A stretch of DNA of 64,000 nucleotides from Patescibacteria group bacterium (GTDB lineage Archaea; Nanobdellota; Nanobdellia; Pacearchaeales; GW2011-AR1), in assembly GCA_019428815.1 (NCBI GenBank), contig JAHYJW010000003.1, positions 20,617 through 84,616 of the forward strand, read 5' to 3'. The notes under the pieces are model-generated. The model worked only from the letters and a program-made list of their open reading frames with translations. It did not search any database and was not told where the DNA came from. The stretch's first letter is position 1; each line of letters starts with the position of its first letter. This document shows, piece after piece, positions 44,613 to 54,936 of the stretch. A program made the position numbers and the translations under genes.

Positions 44613-47600
44613 TTATTCATATTTATTTTTTAAACCAAAGGTAGTGTGCATATGAAGTCCTTGAAGTTCTTCAACTAGCAATTTAAAGGCATAAGAAACT
44701 TCTACTGGTTCAACATCTTCACTAGCGCAAATAGAACATATTTTTTTGTTTCTAATATTGTCCTCAATTCCAATAGCGCCACAGTGATTACAAATATGGA
44801 GAACCACTTTATCAGAATCGTATCTTTCTTTCAAAAGTAAAGATGCTCCGTGTGCTACAAGTGCTTGTTGTTCCATCTCTCCTAACCTTAATGCTCCCCC
44901 ACGAGAACGTCCTTCAACTGGTTGTCTAGTAAGTAAAGCAACTTTCCCTGAAGCTCTTCCATGGATTTTATTTGCTACCATATATTTAAGTTTAAGATAA
45001 TAAAGATCTCCAACAAATATTTTTACGTCCATTCTTTTACCAGTAATACCATTATACATTGTTTCTTTTCCATCATAACTAAATCCTAACTCTTGTAATT
45101 TTTCTTCAAGTTCGTTTTTTCCGACTCCTGAAAAAGAAGTTCCATCCATAATCTCCCCCCTTAAACAACCAACTTTCCCTGCAAGAAGTTCTAACAAATA
45201 ACCAACGGTTAATCGACTTGGTAATCCGTGTGGGTTGAATATAACATCTGGTTTAATTCCTTTAGAAGTGAAAGGAATATCTGATTCATCAGCAATCATT
45301 CCAATAACTCCTTTTTGTCCATGTGAAGTTGCAAATTTGTCCCCAATTTCAGGAATTCTTTGGTCACGAGTTTTTACCTGAACGATTTTATTTCCATCTT
45401 GATCCTCGGTGATAAGAACAGATTCTACAGTCCCTTTTTCTTCTTGCTTCATTGAAATACTAGACTCTTTTTTAGTTCTTATCGAGATTTCTCTTGCTTC
45501 AGAAAGGAATTTTGGAGGGCTCATTTTACCAATTAAAACTTCTCCTTCATTCACTTCAACTTCAGGATCGACAATTCCGTCACTTTCAAGAAAACGATAA
45601 CTTTCTTCTGTTTTATAACCCGAAGCATCTTTTTCTGGAATAGCAATTTCATCCTTTAAACTACCCGCATAATTCATTTCAACAACACTATAAGGTCTAA
45701 AATAAAAACTTCTTCCGAGACCCCTCTCCACACTACCTTTATTTAATACTAAAGCATCTTCCATGTTATAACCTTCATAAGTCATAACTGCTACAACTAA
45801 ATTTTGGCCAGCAGGGTAAGTGTTTAAAGTATCATAAATAAAGCTCCTAACAATTGGTTTTTGGGGATATTGTAAAATAGAAACATCAGTATCCATTCTT
45901 GTTAGATAATTTGCTGCGTAAAGCCCGAGAGCTTGTTTTTGAGTTTTACTTCCTCTGTTAAGTCTTGAACTTTGGTCATGATTTCCATAAGGGACAAGCC
46001 CTGTAACTAATCCAAACAAATCTGTAGGGTCTATTTCTAAATGAGTGTGATCAAGAGTTAACTCTTCAGGATAAAGTGAAACAAGAGCATTATCTTCTTC
46101 AGCAGCATCAAGGTATTCTATAATTCCTTGACTTACTAAATCACTCCACTTAATTTCCCCCCTCTCTAATTTTAAAAGATGTTCTTCATTTAATCTTGAG
46201 ACTCCATTTTCTACAACTATCAAAGGTCTTAAAACTCTACCAGGTTCTGTGAGAATATAAACACAACTTGAGGGGAAATCATTTCGAATATTCATCTGTA
46301 TTGGAAGTTCCCCATTTCTTCTTTTTTCCCTTAGACTCTTAACAAACTCTTCAGGAGTATCTATCCCTCCCACATACAAACCATTAAGGAATATATCTGA
46401 TAAACCAGTTCCATCTTTTTTGATTCCTAAAGATTCAATTTCCTTAAGGAACTTATCTTCATCTAGATTTATTTTTGTTGAAACTTGAGAAAGTATCGCA
46501 AGATTCTTCCTTAACCCAATTTCTGTTCCTTCAGGGGTTTCAATAGTACAAAATCTTCCATAGTGTGTTGGATGAAGAGTTCTAGCTAAGAAATTTTCCT
46601 GGTCACTTGGAAGCATACTAGATACTTTCTGTAATTGAGAAATTATTGCTAAATAATTTGTTTTATCCATATTTTGGGTAATTCCAGAACGTTCTCCAAT
46701 CCAGCTTCCAGTTGCAATAGCACTTTCAACTCTTTGAGAAAATAAGGTAGACTTTGCAATTATTTTTATTGAAAAATACTTCCTTTTTTTTGTTGCTTTT
46801 TGAAGAGAGTATTGTATATCCCTAATTAATATTCCAAGATTGACTCTAAAAAGTGTAGCTAATAAATCTCCAGAAAGTCTGACTCTTTTATTTGCATAGT
46901 GGTCTTTATCAGTCCTAATTTCAGGGCTTTCTTTTGCAAGAAGGAGCTTTTTAAGAAGTTTACAAAGAGTTACAGCTTTCTTCATCCTATCTTCTTTTTT
47001 TTGTCCAATGTGGGGAAAAAGATAAGAATCAACCCTTTGTTTAACTCTGTCTAAAATTTCTTTTTTTGTTCCTTGAAGATTTGTTTTTTCAGAAATATAC
47101 ATTAATGCGTCTTCTTTTGTGGCAATATTAACAAATTCATAAAGGTTTACTATTACAGAGTCTGTTTCTTTTCCAATATACTTTTGAATATCTGATTCTT
47201 TTGTCATTCCAAGCGCTTTAAGGACAACTACAATTGGAATTTCTTTAAATTTACTGAATGAAATGTCTAAAATTCCTTCTTTATTCTCTGAAATAACAAC
47301 TGGGATTCTATAAGTTCCCCTTAATGAAAACATCCTTAAAAAAAGATTGTCTTTTGAATCTGTCTCTATAAATGGTTGATTTTCTGCAAGATCTTCTGCC
47401 ATTATCATTACCCTTTCATTACCCTTTATTATAAAATAACCTCCAGGATCAAGAGGGTCATGATAACCTTTAATTAAGTCTTCTTTAGATAACCCATAAG
47501 TGTTACAGATCTTACTTTTTACCATAATTGGAATTTTTCCTATTTCCACAACTTCTGAGTCTATTTGATCATCTTTTTTTATGGTTATCTCTAAATAAAC

Positions 47601-47891
47601 AGGTGCAGAATAAGTAAGCCCCCTCATCTTTGCTATAGCAGGAGTTATTAAAGAAGAACTACCATCAGCTTCTATCACTTTTGGTTTTCCTACCTCAATT
47701 TTTCCTAGGTTAATTTCAAAATCTTCACTTTGAATAGATTCAGATATGTCATTTACAATATCCTGTATTCCGTTTTCAATAAAATGATTAAAAGAAACGA
47801 TGTTACTTTCTACAAGAGAATGTTCTTCAAGATATTTTTTTACAACGATGTGTTTGTTTTTTTCAGTTTTATCTTTCATAATTTTCCCCAA
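44613..47891 (-). CDS. rpoB: RNA polymerase subunit B, unsplit (Rpo2); start possibly the ATG four codons downstream
   Basis: GDKFATSHGQKG, RLGEME, C-terminal Zn finger. Confidence 0.98.
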   Translation of the reverse strand: MGKIMKDKTEKNKHIVVKKYLEEHSLVESNIVSFNHFIENGIQDIVNDISESIQSEDFEINLGKIEVGKPKVIEADGSSSLITPAIAKMRGLTYSAPVYLEITIKKDDQIDSEVVEIGKIPIMVKSKICNTYGLSKEDLIKGYHDPLDPGGYFIIKGNERVMIMAEDLAENQPFIETDSKDNLFLRMFSLRGTYRIPVVISENKEGILDISFSKFKEIPIVVVLKALGMTKESDIQKYIGKETDSVIVNLYEFVNIATKEDALMYISEKTNLQGTKKEILDRVKQRVDSYLFPHIGQKKEDRMKKAVTLCKLLKKLLLAKESPEIRTDKDHYANKRVRLSGDLLATLFRVNLGILIRDIQYSLQKATKKRKYFSIKIIAKSTLFSQRVESAIATGSWIGERSGITQNMDKTNYLAIISQLQKVSSMLPSDQENFLARTLHPTHYGRFCTIETPEGTEIGLRKNLAILSQVSTKINLDEDKFLKEIESLGIKKDGTGLSDIFLNGLYVGGIDTPEEFVKSLREKRRNGELPIQMNIRNDFPSSCVYILTEPGRVLRPLIVVENGVSRLNEEHLLKLERGEIKWSDLVSQGIIEYLDAAEEDNALVSLYPEELTLDHTHLEIDPTDLFGLVTGLVPYGNHDQSSRLNRGSKTQKQALGLYAANYLTRMDTDVSILQYPQKPIVRSFIYDTLNTYPAGQNLVVAVMTYEGYNMEDALVLNKGSVERGLGRSFYFRPYSVVEMNYAGSLKDEIAIPEKDASGYKTEESYRFLESDGIVDPEVEVNEGEVLIGKMSPPKFLSEAREISIRTKKESSISMKQEEKGTVESVLITEDQDGNKIVQVKTRDQRIPEIGDKFATSHGQKGVIGMIADESDIPFTSKGIKPDVIFNPHGLPSRLTVGYLLELLAGKVGCLRGEIMDGTSFSGVGKNELEEKLQELGFSYDGKETMYNGITGKRMDVKIFVGDLYYLKLKYMVANKIHGRASGKVALLTRQPVEGRSRGGALRLGEMEQQALVAHGASLLLKERYDSDKVVLHICNHCGAIGIEDNIRNKKICSICASEDVEPVEVSYAFKLLVEELQGLHMHTTFGLKNKYE

Positions 47892-47968
47892 AGAGTTTTA
47901 TTCCATGTAAAAGAGACTTTTTTAATGTAGAAAGACACTAAAAAATGTCTAAATATTACGTATCTTAA

Positions 47969-48175
47969 TCAGACCACAACACGATAGTAAGGGTAAGTTG
48001 CGTCTTCATCTTTTCGTTCTATCTTGATTATATCCCCAATTTCACATCCTTCGGGTAATGCGGGATCGTTTAAAAGTATCTTAGGTAATTGGGCTTTAGA
48101 AATGTTAAACTGTTCTAATAATTCTTGAACTTCTTTTTCTTTAAGTTTAATGTGTTTTGGTTGGAGAATATGCAT
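47969..48175 (-). CDS. rpoH: RNA polymerase subunit H (Rpo5)
   Basis: HILQPKH, QLPKI..DPA, YYRVV. Confidence 0.96.
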   Translation of the reverse strand: MHILQPKHIKLKEKEVQELLEQFNISKAQLPKILLNDPALPEGCEIGDIIKIERKDEDATYPYYRVVV

Positions 48176-48410
48176 AGTTTAGAGATTATTTGACATCTGT
48201 CAAAATTTGGGAATTTTAATTGTGGTTATCGTCGGGGAAGTATCAATTTAAAATTTTATTTGTTTGAAGAGTTTTTTAATACTTTTTTAATAACTTGCCA
48301 ATAATAAAAGATATCGAATTTTTGTTTTTAAACCTTTCGTTTTAAGTTTTTTAAGGGAAATTAAGAGGTAATTGGATTATTAAAGGATTAAAATTAAATG
48401 ATTAGAAATC

Positions 48411-48722
48411 TCAAACTGGATTTTGAGTATATTTCTCTACAAGCGCATTATTTTCAATTTTTCGGTTTGTTTTGAAGATATCAATTGCAAGCCCTCCTAA
48501 TCCAAAGAGGATGCCTAATCCTACCCCTAAAAGAATAGAATTTCCAATTATTTTCAAAGAGTTTAACATATAACCCCCGAGCGGGTTACTAAAAGGGCCT
48601 GTAGAAGATTCAGTTTTTAATTCTGAAGAAAGGCTCATGGTCATTATGGGAAGGATACCTATCAAAAAACCTATGGTTCCTAAAATAAGCGCAAAGGGAT
48701 AATTCTTTGTAAGATTGCCCAT
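48411..48722 (-). CDS. Hypothetical two-TM membrane protein
   Basis: Two Gly-rich hydrophobic segments; GAGGGG SD upstream. Confidence 0.65.
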   Translation of the reverse strand: MGNLTKNYPFALILGTIGFLIGILPIMTMSLSSELKTESSTGPFSNPLGGYMLNSLKIIGNSILLGVGLGILFGLGGLAIDIFKTNRKIENNALVEKYTQNPV

Positions 48723-48798
48723 TTAATCTATTTTAATCCCCTCTTTTAGATTATTTATAAATTTTCTAATTCGTTTCTAGGGAGATATTATTTAAAAA

Positions 48799-48873
48799 TG
48801 GCCCCGAAGGGATTTGAACCCTCGACACCTGGATTAAAAGTCCAGTGCTCTAACCAGACTGAGCTACGGAGCC
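48799..48873 (-). tRNA. tRNA-Lys(UUU)
   Basis: Reverse complement GGCTCCGTAGCTCAG...CTGGA-CTTTTAA-TCCAG...GGTTCAAATCC...CGGGGCCA. Confidence 0.97.
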
Positions 48874-48892
48874 ATAGTCTTAAACTAAAATG

Positions 48893-48928
48893 TTTAAACA
48901 AACAAGTTATTTTAAACAAACAAGTTAT
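48893..48928. repeat. Perfect tandem duplication, 2 x 18 bp
   Basis: TTTAAACAAACAAGTTAT twice, upstream of tRNA-Lys. Confidence 0.85.
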
Positions 48929-48977
48929 ATAAAAACAGTTTATAAATTTTTATTATTAACAATTTTAACCCCAAAAT

Positions 48978-49310
48978 TTAAGAAATATGCTTTTTTAATA
49001 CCTCAACAAAAGGTTCTGTATAAAAAGTTCCAATTATTTTTTCTTTGATTTCTCCATCTTTAAACAAGATGAAAGTTGGGAGAGTATTTATGTTATATTT
49101 TTTAGATAAAGCTTGATCCCCGTCTATATCCACTTTAGTAAATTTAATTTTCCCCTTAAATTTTTCTGCTAATTCTTCTACGATTGGAAACATGGTAATA
49201 CAATGCATACACCAATCCGCATAAAAATCTACTAATACTAAACCTTCTTTGATAAACTGATTAAATTGTTTAACATTTGTTAATTCAAAAACTTCTTCTG
49301 CCATCTCCAC
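48978..49310 (-). CDS. trxA: Thioredoxin
   Basis: DFYADWCMHC, cis-Pro motif TLPT. Confidence 0.92.
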   Translation of the reverse strand: MEMAEEVFELTNVKQFNQFIKEGLVLVDFYADWCMHCITMFPIVEELAEKFKGKIKFTKVDIDGDQALSKKYNINTLPTFILFKDGEIKEKIIGTFYTEPFVEVLKKHIS

Positions 49311-49415
49311 GTTGAATATATTTTAATATTCTTGATAAATTATTAAAAGATATTATAAAGGTTTTCATATTAAAAAATTCTAAAAAAAGAGATAAAAATT
49401 ACTAATTCTAAAGTT

Positions 49416-51569
49416 TTAGGAATTATCTTTTTTCCTAAAGAGTTCTTCTGTTTTAATTTCACATGAGTCACTATTACAGAACCTGTCACCCATGGTTTTT
49501 TGATTTCTTATTTCTGAAAAATCTATAGGTTTTAGTGCTTTTGTTCTTTCGAAATATTCTTCTCTTGTAATCGGTTCGAATGGAGGTTGATCATATACCC
49601 CATTTAATTTTGGGAGCATACTAATTCCTTTTAATTTATATTGAAAATGATTTAATGCATATTCTAAGTGGGGACCTTCTTTTTCAGGATCAAATTTTAT
49701 AGTACTACTAACTTGGTTATCTGCCCAGTTCTCTTGTAAAAATGATACCATTTCAAGTTGTTCCCACATTGAAACTTCTTCTTCACTTCTAATGCCCTCT
49801 CCAACATGAACTGGAAATTCAACCACTAAAGAACTTAAGTCATTTCTATCCTGTTCCACATAAAATCCAGCTTCTTTTAAGGGATTTACCAAGTCACTAT
49901 TTTGAGCAAGTCTCATTCTCCTGATGTAATACTCAGATATCGGCCAATGCATCCCAGGGGTTGAACCTGCTACAGAGCTAACAGTCCCTGAAGGTTTTAC
50001 CGAGGTTGTTTTTATAGATTTTGGAACTGTCATCCAATCGCTATAAACTTGATCATACTGTTGAACAACATCATATCCATCTCTGAGCCAACTTTTTAAT
50101 TCATGAAGACTTTTTTCTGCTACAAACTGTGCTATGCCACTAACAGAACATCCAATTCTCCTATTTCTTAATAAAACCCTGTTAGTTTCTGCCCAATGGG
50201 TTTCTCCTAATGCTACTGTTTTCGCATACATATATGCAAATTTTAAGGTTCTTAAAAAATCTTCTTTATTATGATGATTATTTGGAAATGTTTCAACAAG
50301 ATTACATAATTCATAACTCTCTAAAGATTGTTCAACACAAGGATTACATCCCATTGCTTTTTTATCCTTAAAGTTAGGAGCATCACCAGTTCTACCAAAT
50401 TTTTTCATATTTTCTAACCAGATTAAACCAGGTTCTCCATTGTTTCTTATACGTTCACTAATCTCATGGTAATTCATCCCTAACTCTGCAAAAATAGAAT
50501 TATTACTTGTCCATCCATATCCCGCTCTTTCCGGATTTCTTTTATAATTTTTTAAATCTAAAAATTCTTCATCTAAAGGATCTCCCAATGCAATTTCTGC
50601 AGTTCTTCTTACGTTTCCAGAAACAACACATTTACCAATTAAGTTTTGGATATCAACAATAGCTCTAGAACCAAGGGGTCTCCCAATGTTCTCTCTTAAA
50701 AGGTCTTCTAAACTTTGATGTAATTCCTTCAATGGCCCATAACCTGAACTTTTTCCCCCAAATCCATTAATGTTCGACCCTTCTTCTCTTAATTGAGAGT
50801 AATCAAACTCAACAGGATTGACTCCCAAAAGATAACTATCAATAATCCTACCAACACTCTCCACCCATCCTTCTCGATTATCTGGAATATCAAAAACATC
50901 AGGTTTCCTTCTAAAATCAGGACCCTTAACAATTAAACTTCCTGCACCTTTTGTATCAAAACCAACCCCAACGCCCAACATAGACATGTCCATTAAAAAT
51001 TTAAAGGGCTTAGAGTATTCTTCTTTAATATTAGCTGTAGAAACAAAGGCACAGTTATTTAATGCGGAGTATAACCCTCTTTCTTCAGTTATCTCTGACC
51101 CCATAGCCCATAACCCTCTTCCAGGAGGTAAGAATCTCATATGAAACATTCTTTCAAACATTTCTTCTGCACTTTTTTGTGCTTTATAGTCACTCCATTC
51201 TAAACCTCTTTCTTGAATCCACCTTTTTTGAAGATTATAAGTTCCATTAACAACTCTTTTAATCGTATCTGGCCATTCTTCATTTCTTCCGTCTTCTCTA
51301 ACCCTAGAATAAGTTCTTTTGTAAACCAATTCGCCAAATCCGTTAAACCCAAAGGGGGGTTTTATTTTATCATATCTAGCTACAAAAGATTCGTCTAATT
51401 TAAAAGGCTTATAAGAAGGATCATGGAGCCTCTCTATAATCTTTTTCTGAATTGGACTCATGTATGCATTTTCACTAATCTCTGTTTTCCAATCCCAAGA
51501 ATTTCTTTCTAGTAGATTGGGAGTAGTTGAAACAACACCTTCTAAACTGCTAGTATTTTCGTTAGTCAT
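49416..51569 (-). CDS. nrdJ: Class II (adenosylcobalamin-dependent) monomeric ribonucleotide reductase, RTPR type
   Basis: RTYSR, PPGRGLW, LNNC, GNVRRTA, CNPCVEQ..CNL, VKPSGT, C-terminal CNSDSC. Confidence 0.95.
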   Translation of the reverse strand: MTNENTSSLEGVVSTTPNLLERNSWDWKTEISENAYMSPIQKKIIERLHDPSYKPFKLDESFVARYDKIKPPFGFNGFGELVYKRTYSRVREDGRNEEWPDTIKRVVNGTYNLQKRWIQERGLEWSDYKAQKSAEEMFERMFHMRFLPPGRGLWAMGSEITEERGLYSALNNCAFVSTANIKEEYSKPFKFLMDMSMLGVGVGFDTKGAGSLIVKGPDFRRKPDVFDIPDNREGWVESVGRIIDSYLLGVNPVEFDYSQLREEGSNINGFGGKSSGYGPLKELHQSLEDLLRENIGRPLGSRAIVDIQNLIGKCVVSGNVRRTAEIALGDPLDEEFLDLKNYKRNPERAGYGWTSNNSIFAELGMNYHEISERIRNNGEPGLIWLENMKKFGRTGDAPNFKDKKAMGCNPCVEQSLESYELCNLVETFPNNHHNKEDFLRTLKFAYMYAKTVALGETHWAETNRVLLRNRRIGCSVSGIAQFVAEKSLHELKSWLRDGYDVVQQYDQVYSDWMTVPKSIKTTSVKPSGTVSSVAGSTPGMHWPISEYYIRRMRLAQNSDLVNPLKEAGFYVEQDRNDLSSLVVEFPVHVGEGIRSEEEVSMWEQLEMVSFLQENWADNQVSSTIKFDPEKEGPHLEYALNHFQYKLKGISMLPKLNGVYDQPPFEPITREEYFERTKALKPIDFSEIRNQKTMGDRFCNSDSCEIKTEELFRKKDNS

Positions 51570-52003
51570 TTGAATATCCTCAATTCTTTTTTAAAATCTT
51601 TAACATCTTGAAAGTCCCTATAAACAGAAGCAAATCTTATGTAAGCCACTTTATCTAAATTTTTTATTTTTTTCATTACTAACTCTCCGATATCAGAACT
51701 TTTAATCTCCTTTTTGCCCTTTTTCATTATTTGATCTTCAATTTCGTTTATCATTCTATAAATTTTTTCTTTGGGAACAGGCCTTTTTTCAAAGGCCCTT
51801 TCAATCCCCAATTCAAATTTTTCGCGATTAAATTTTTCGCGCCTTCCGTCTTTTTTAATTACATAAAGTTCACTTTTTGCAACTTTTTCATAAGTAGTGA
51901 ATCTTTTTTTGCAATTAAGACATTCTCTTCGCCTTCTTATTCCCCCAGGAGACTTTCTTTTGTCTATAACCCTGGTATTTCCACCACAATAATGACAATC
52001 CAT
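51566..52003 (-). CDS. nrdR: Transcriptional repressor NrdR
   Basis: CHYC...RRRRECLNCKKRFTTYE Zn ribbon; ATP cone VIKKDGRRE; DKVAYIRFASVY. Confidence 0.97.
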   Translation of the reverse strand: MDCHYCGGNTRVIDKRKSPGGIRRRRECLNCKKRFTTYEKVAKSELYVIKKDGRREKFNREKFELGIERAFEKRPVPKEKIYRMINEIEDQIMKKGKKEIKSSDIGELVMKKIKNLDKVAYIRFASVYRDFQDVKDFKKELRIFK

Positions 52004-52008
52004 CTGAC

Positions 52009-52056
52009 ATACAATATATTGTACTTTATAATAGAGACTACATCAATAAGTTGTAG
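52009..52056. promoter_or_regulatory. Tandem NrdR boxes (52009-52024 and 52041-52056)
   Basis: ATACAATATATTGTAC and CATCAATAAGTTGTAG match the acaCwAtATaTwGtgt consensus; 32 bp apart; directly upstream of nrdR. Confidence 0.8.
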
Positions 52057-52339
52057 TAACGCTTTTACATTAAACAAAAGGGTATTTAAAGATTTATTTT
52101 TACTGAGATATGATAACAAGAAAAAAAAGAACAGATAAGAACTAAAAAGAAAATTTTAAAAAATAAAACCTAAGATTAAGTGTTGTTGGGGGAAATATTC
52201 GGAGGATTGATAAAAAAGGTATTATCCCAACAATTTTATAAAAACGTTTAGTTAGCCTTTATTGTTAGAATTATTCGAAAGTGTAGTTAAACTTATACTA
52301 AGGTGTTTTTAAATTAAAAAACCTTAAGATTACAGTAAA

Positions 52340-54919
52340 ATGACAGAGATACAAGTGATAAATGAACCAAATACTAAAGAACAAATTTTTTCAAATCTAA
52401 ACCCCATTGTTTCAAATTGGTTTAAACTAAAATTTAAGGAATTTGTTGAATCTCAAAAGTATTGTTTAGTCCCAATAAAGAATAGAGAAAATATCTTATT
52501 ATCTTCTCCAACAGGAAGTGGAAAAACACTCTCTGCTTTTGCTTCAATATTAAGTTATTTAATTGATCTTCATGAAAAAGGTAATCTAGAAAACAGAACT
52601 TATGCGGTTTATTGTTCTCCGTTAAAAGCATTATCCAGGGATATTGAAGTTAACTTAAAGAAACCATTAGAAGAGATGGAAAAGATGGTAAATAAAAAAT
52701 TTGGTATCCGGATTGGACTTAGGACGGGGGATACAACAACTCTTGAAAGAACAAAAATGTTAAAAAATCCACCCCATATTTTGATTACAACACCAGAATC
52801 CCTAGCTATAATTCTTACATCAAAAAACTTTGTTGAACATCTAAGAAAAACAGAATTTTGTATTGTGGATGAAATTCATTCTCTTGATAATAAAAGAGGA
52901 ACATACCTTAGTCTAACTCTTGAGAGACTTAATGAAATCTCAACCATCTGGCCAGTAAAAATTGGTTTAAGTGCTACAATAGAACCTATGGAAGAAGTCG
53001 CTAAATTTTTAGTAGGGGTATCTCCTGAAAGAAAAGTCAAAATTGCCAAAGTAATCTTAGATAAAAAAATAGATGTCGAAGTATTAAGTCCAGTAGATAA
53101 TATCATGGAAGATCAAGATTTACATTTGAAGATGTATGACCTTATTTCAGATTTAATTCAGGAACATAAAACAACTTTGATATTTACCAATACTCGTTCT
53201 GCTACAGAAAGAGTTGTTAATTTTCTAAAAGATAGATTTCCTACAGAATATGGGGACGATAATATCGCAGCCCATCACTCTTCTTTAAGTAAAAACCATA
53301 GATTTGATATTGAAGAAAGATTAAGGCAAGGAAAATTAAAAGTCGTAGTTTGTTCTACAAGTTTAGAACTTGGAATTGATATTGGTTTTATTGATTTAGT
53401 TATAATGTTAGGCTCCCCAAAATCTAGTTCCAGAGCTTTACAAAGACTAGGCCGGGCAGGGCATAGATTAAGAGAAATTTCAAAGGGAAGATTCATTGTT
53501 CTTGATAGGGACGACCTAATAGAATGCTGTATTATCAAAAAAGAAATGATTGAAAAAAAAATAAACAAAATAAGATTTCCAAAAAATTGCCTAGATGTTT
53601 TATCTCAGCAGATATACGGAATGGCTATATACAAAATTTGGAAAGAAAAAGAAATTTTAGATTTAATAAAAAGAAGTTATTGTTATGCTGATTTAACCAG
53701 AAAAGATTTCTTAGATACGATCAGCTATCTCTCAGGGGAGTATGCCCTTGAAAAGAATAATGTTTATGCAAAAATTTGGTATGATCCAGAAACTAAAGAA
53801 ATTGGAAAAAGGGGGAAACTTGCAAGAGTAATCTATATGACAAATATCGGAACAATACCAGAAGAATCTTTTATTACAGTTAAAATTGCAGGAACAAATG
53901 AGGTTGTAGGATTAATTGACGAGGGATTTCTTTCAAGAATGAGAAAATTAGATGTCTTTGTTTTAGGCGGGAAAAAATATCAGCATAAATACACAAGGGG
54001 TATGAATTTGTATGTTTCTTCTGAAGTGAGAAGAAATCCAACTATCCCTTCTTGGTTTTCAGAGATGTTGCCCTTAAGTTTTGATTCTGCATTAGAAATA
54101 AGCAAATTTCGTTATCTAATCAGAAAGGAATTGGAATCAAAAAGGCCGAAAAAGAAAATTCTTGAGTTTATAAAAAATTATTTAAAAGTACCAGAGAAAA
54201 CTGCCGAAGCAATTTATAATTATTTTTTAGAACAGCATTCATTTCTTGAAATACCCCATGAAAAACTTATTGTAATAGAGAAATTTTCAGATTTAGGGAA
54301 AAAGTATCTTTTGTTTCATACTCTTTATGGTAGAAGAGTAAATGACGCGCTTTCTCGAGCAATAGGATATATCATTGGAGCATTAGGGGGAAGAGATATT
54401 GAAATAGGCATTTCAGATAATGGTTTTTATCTTGCTGGAGAAAGAATGATGTTAAAAAGAACATTGGAAGAACTAAAAGAAAAAAATCTTGAAAAATTTT
54501 TGAAAGAGGCTATTGATCGTACAGATGTTCTTGCAAGAAGATTTCGCCATTGTGCAGCACGGTCATTAATGATTTTAAAAAATTATAAAGGTAAAAATAA
54601 AAGTGTGGGAAAACAACAAATGAAAAGCCATTTTTTACTTTCAGCTGTTAAAAAAATAACAAATGAGTTTCCCATCTTAAGAGAAGCAAGAAGAGAAGTA
54701 TTAGAAGATGTGATGGACATCAAAAATGCAAAACTTGTTTTGAGTTGGATTGAAAAAAAGAAAGTTAAGATAAAAATTTTAGAAACAGATATCCCCTCTC
54801 CATTTTCTTTAGGATTGATACTCCAAGGACATACAGATCTTATACGAATAGAAGACAAACAAGAGTTTCTGAAGAGAATGCATGAGCTCCATATCAAAAA
54901 GATAATTGAAAATAAATAA
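52340..54919 (+). CDS. lhr: Lhr-family SF2 helicase (Lhr-core)
   Basis: PTGSGKT, DEIH, GLSAT, HHSSL, SLELGID, QRLGRAGH, NIGTIP. Confidence 0.95.
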   Translation: MTEIQVINEPNTKEQIFSNLNPIVSNWFKLKFKEFVESQKYCLVPIKNRENILLSSPTGSGKTLSAFASILSYLIDLHEKGNLENRTYAVYCSPLKALSRDIEVNLKKPLEEMEKMVNKKFGIRIGLRTGDTTTLERTKMLKNPPHILITTPESLAIILTSKNFVEHLRKTEFCIVDEIHSLDNKRGTYLSLTLERLNEISTIWPVKIGLSATIEPMEEVAKFLVGVSPERKVKIAKVILDKKIDVEVLSPVDNIMEDQDLHLKMYDLISDLIQEHKTTLIFTNTRSATERVVNFLKDRFPTEYGDDNIAAHHSSLSKNHRFDIEERLRQGKLKVVVCSTSLELGIDIGFIDLVIMLGSPKSSSRALQRLGRAGHRLREISKGRFIVLDRDDLIECCIIKKEMIEKKINKIRFPKNCLDVLSQQIYGMAIYKIWKEKEILDLIKRSYCYADLTRKDFLDTISYLSGEYALEKNNVYAKIWYDPETKEIGKRGKLARVIYMTNIGTIPEESFITVKIAGTNEVVGLIDEGFLSRMRKLDVFVLGGKKYQHKYTRGMNLYVSSEVRRNPTIPSWFSEMLPLSFDSALEISKFRYLIRKELESKRPKKKILEFIKNYLKVPEKTAEAIYNYFLEQHSFLEIPHEKLIVIEKFSDLGKKYLLFHTLYGRRVNDALSRAIGYIIGALGGRDIEIGISDNGFYLAGERMMLKRTLEELKEKNLEKFLKEAIDRTDVLARRFRHCAARSLMILKNYKGKNKSVGKQQMKSHFLLSAVKKITNEFPILREARREVLEDVMDIKNAKLVLSWIEKKKVKIKILETDIPSPFSLGLILQGHTDLIRIEDKQEFLKRMHELHIKKIIENK

Positions 54920-54936
54920 TCAAAAAAGGAGGCAAG

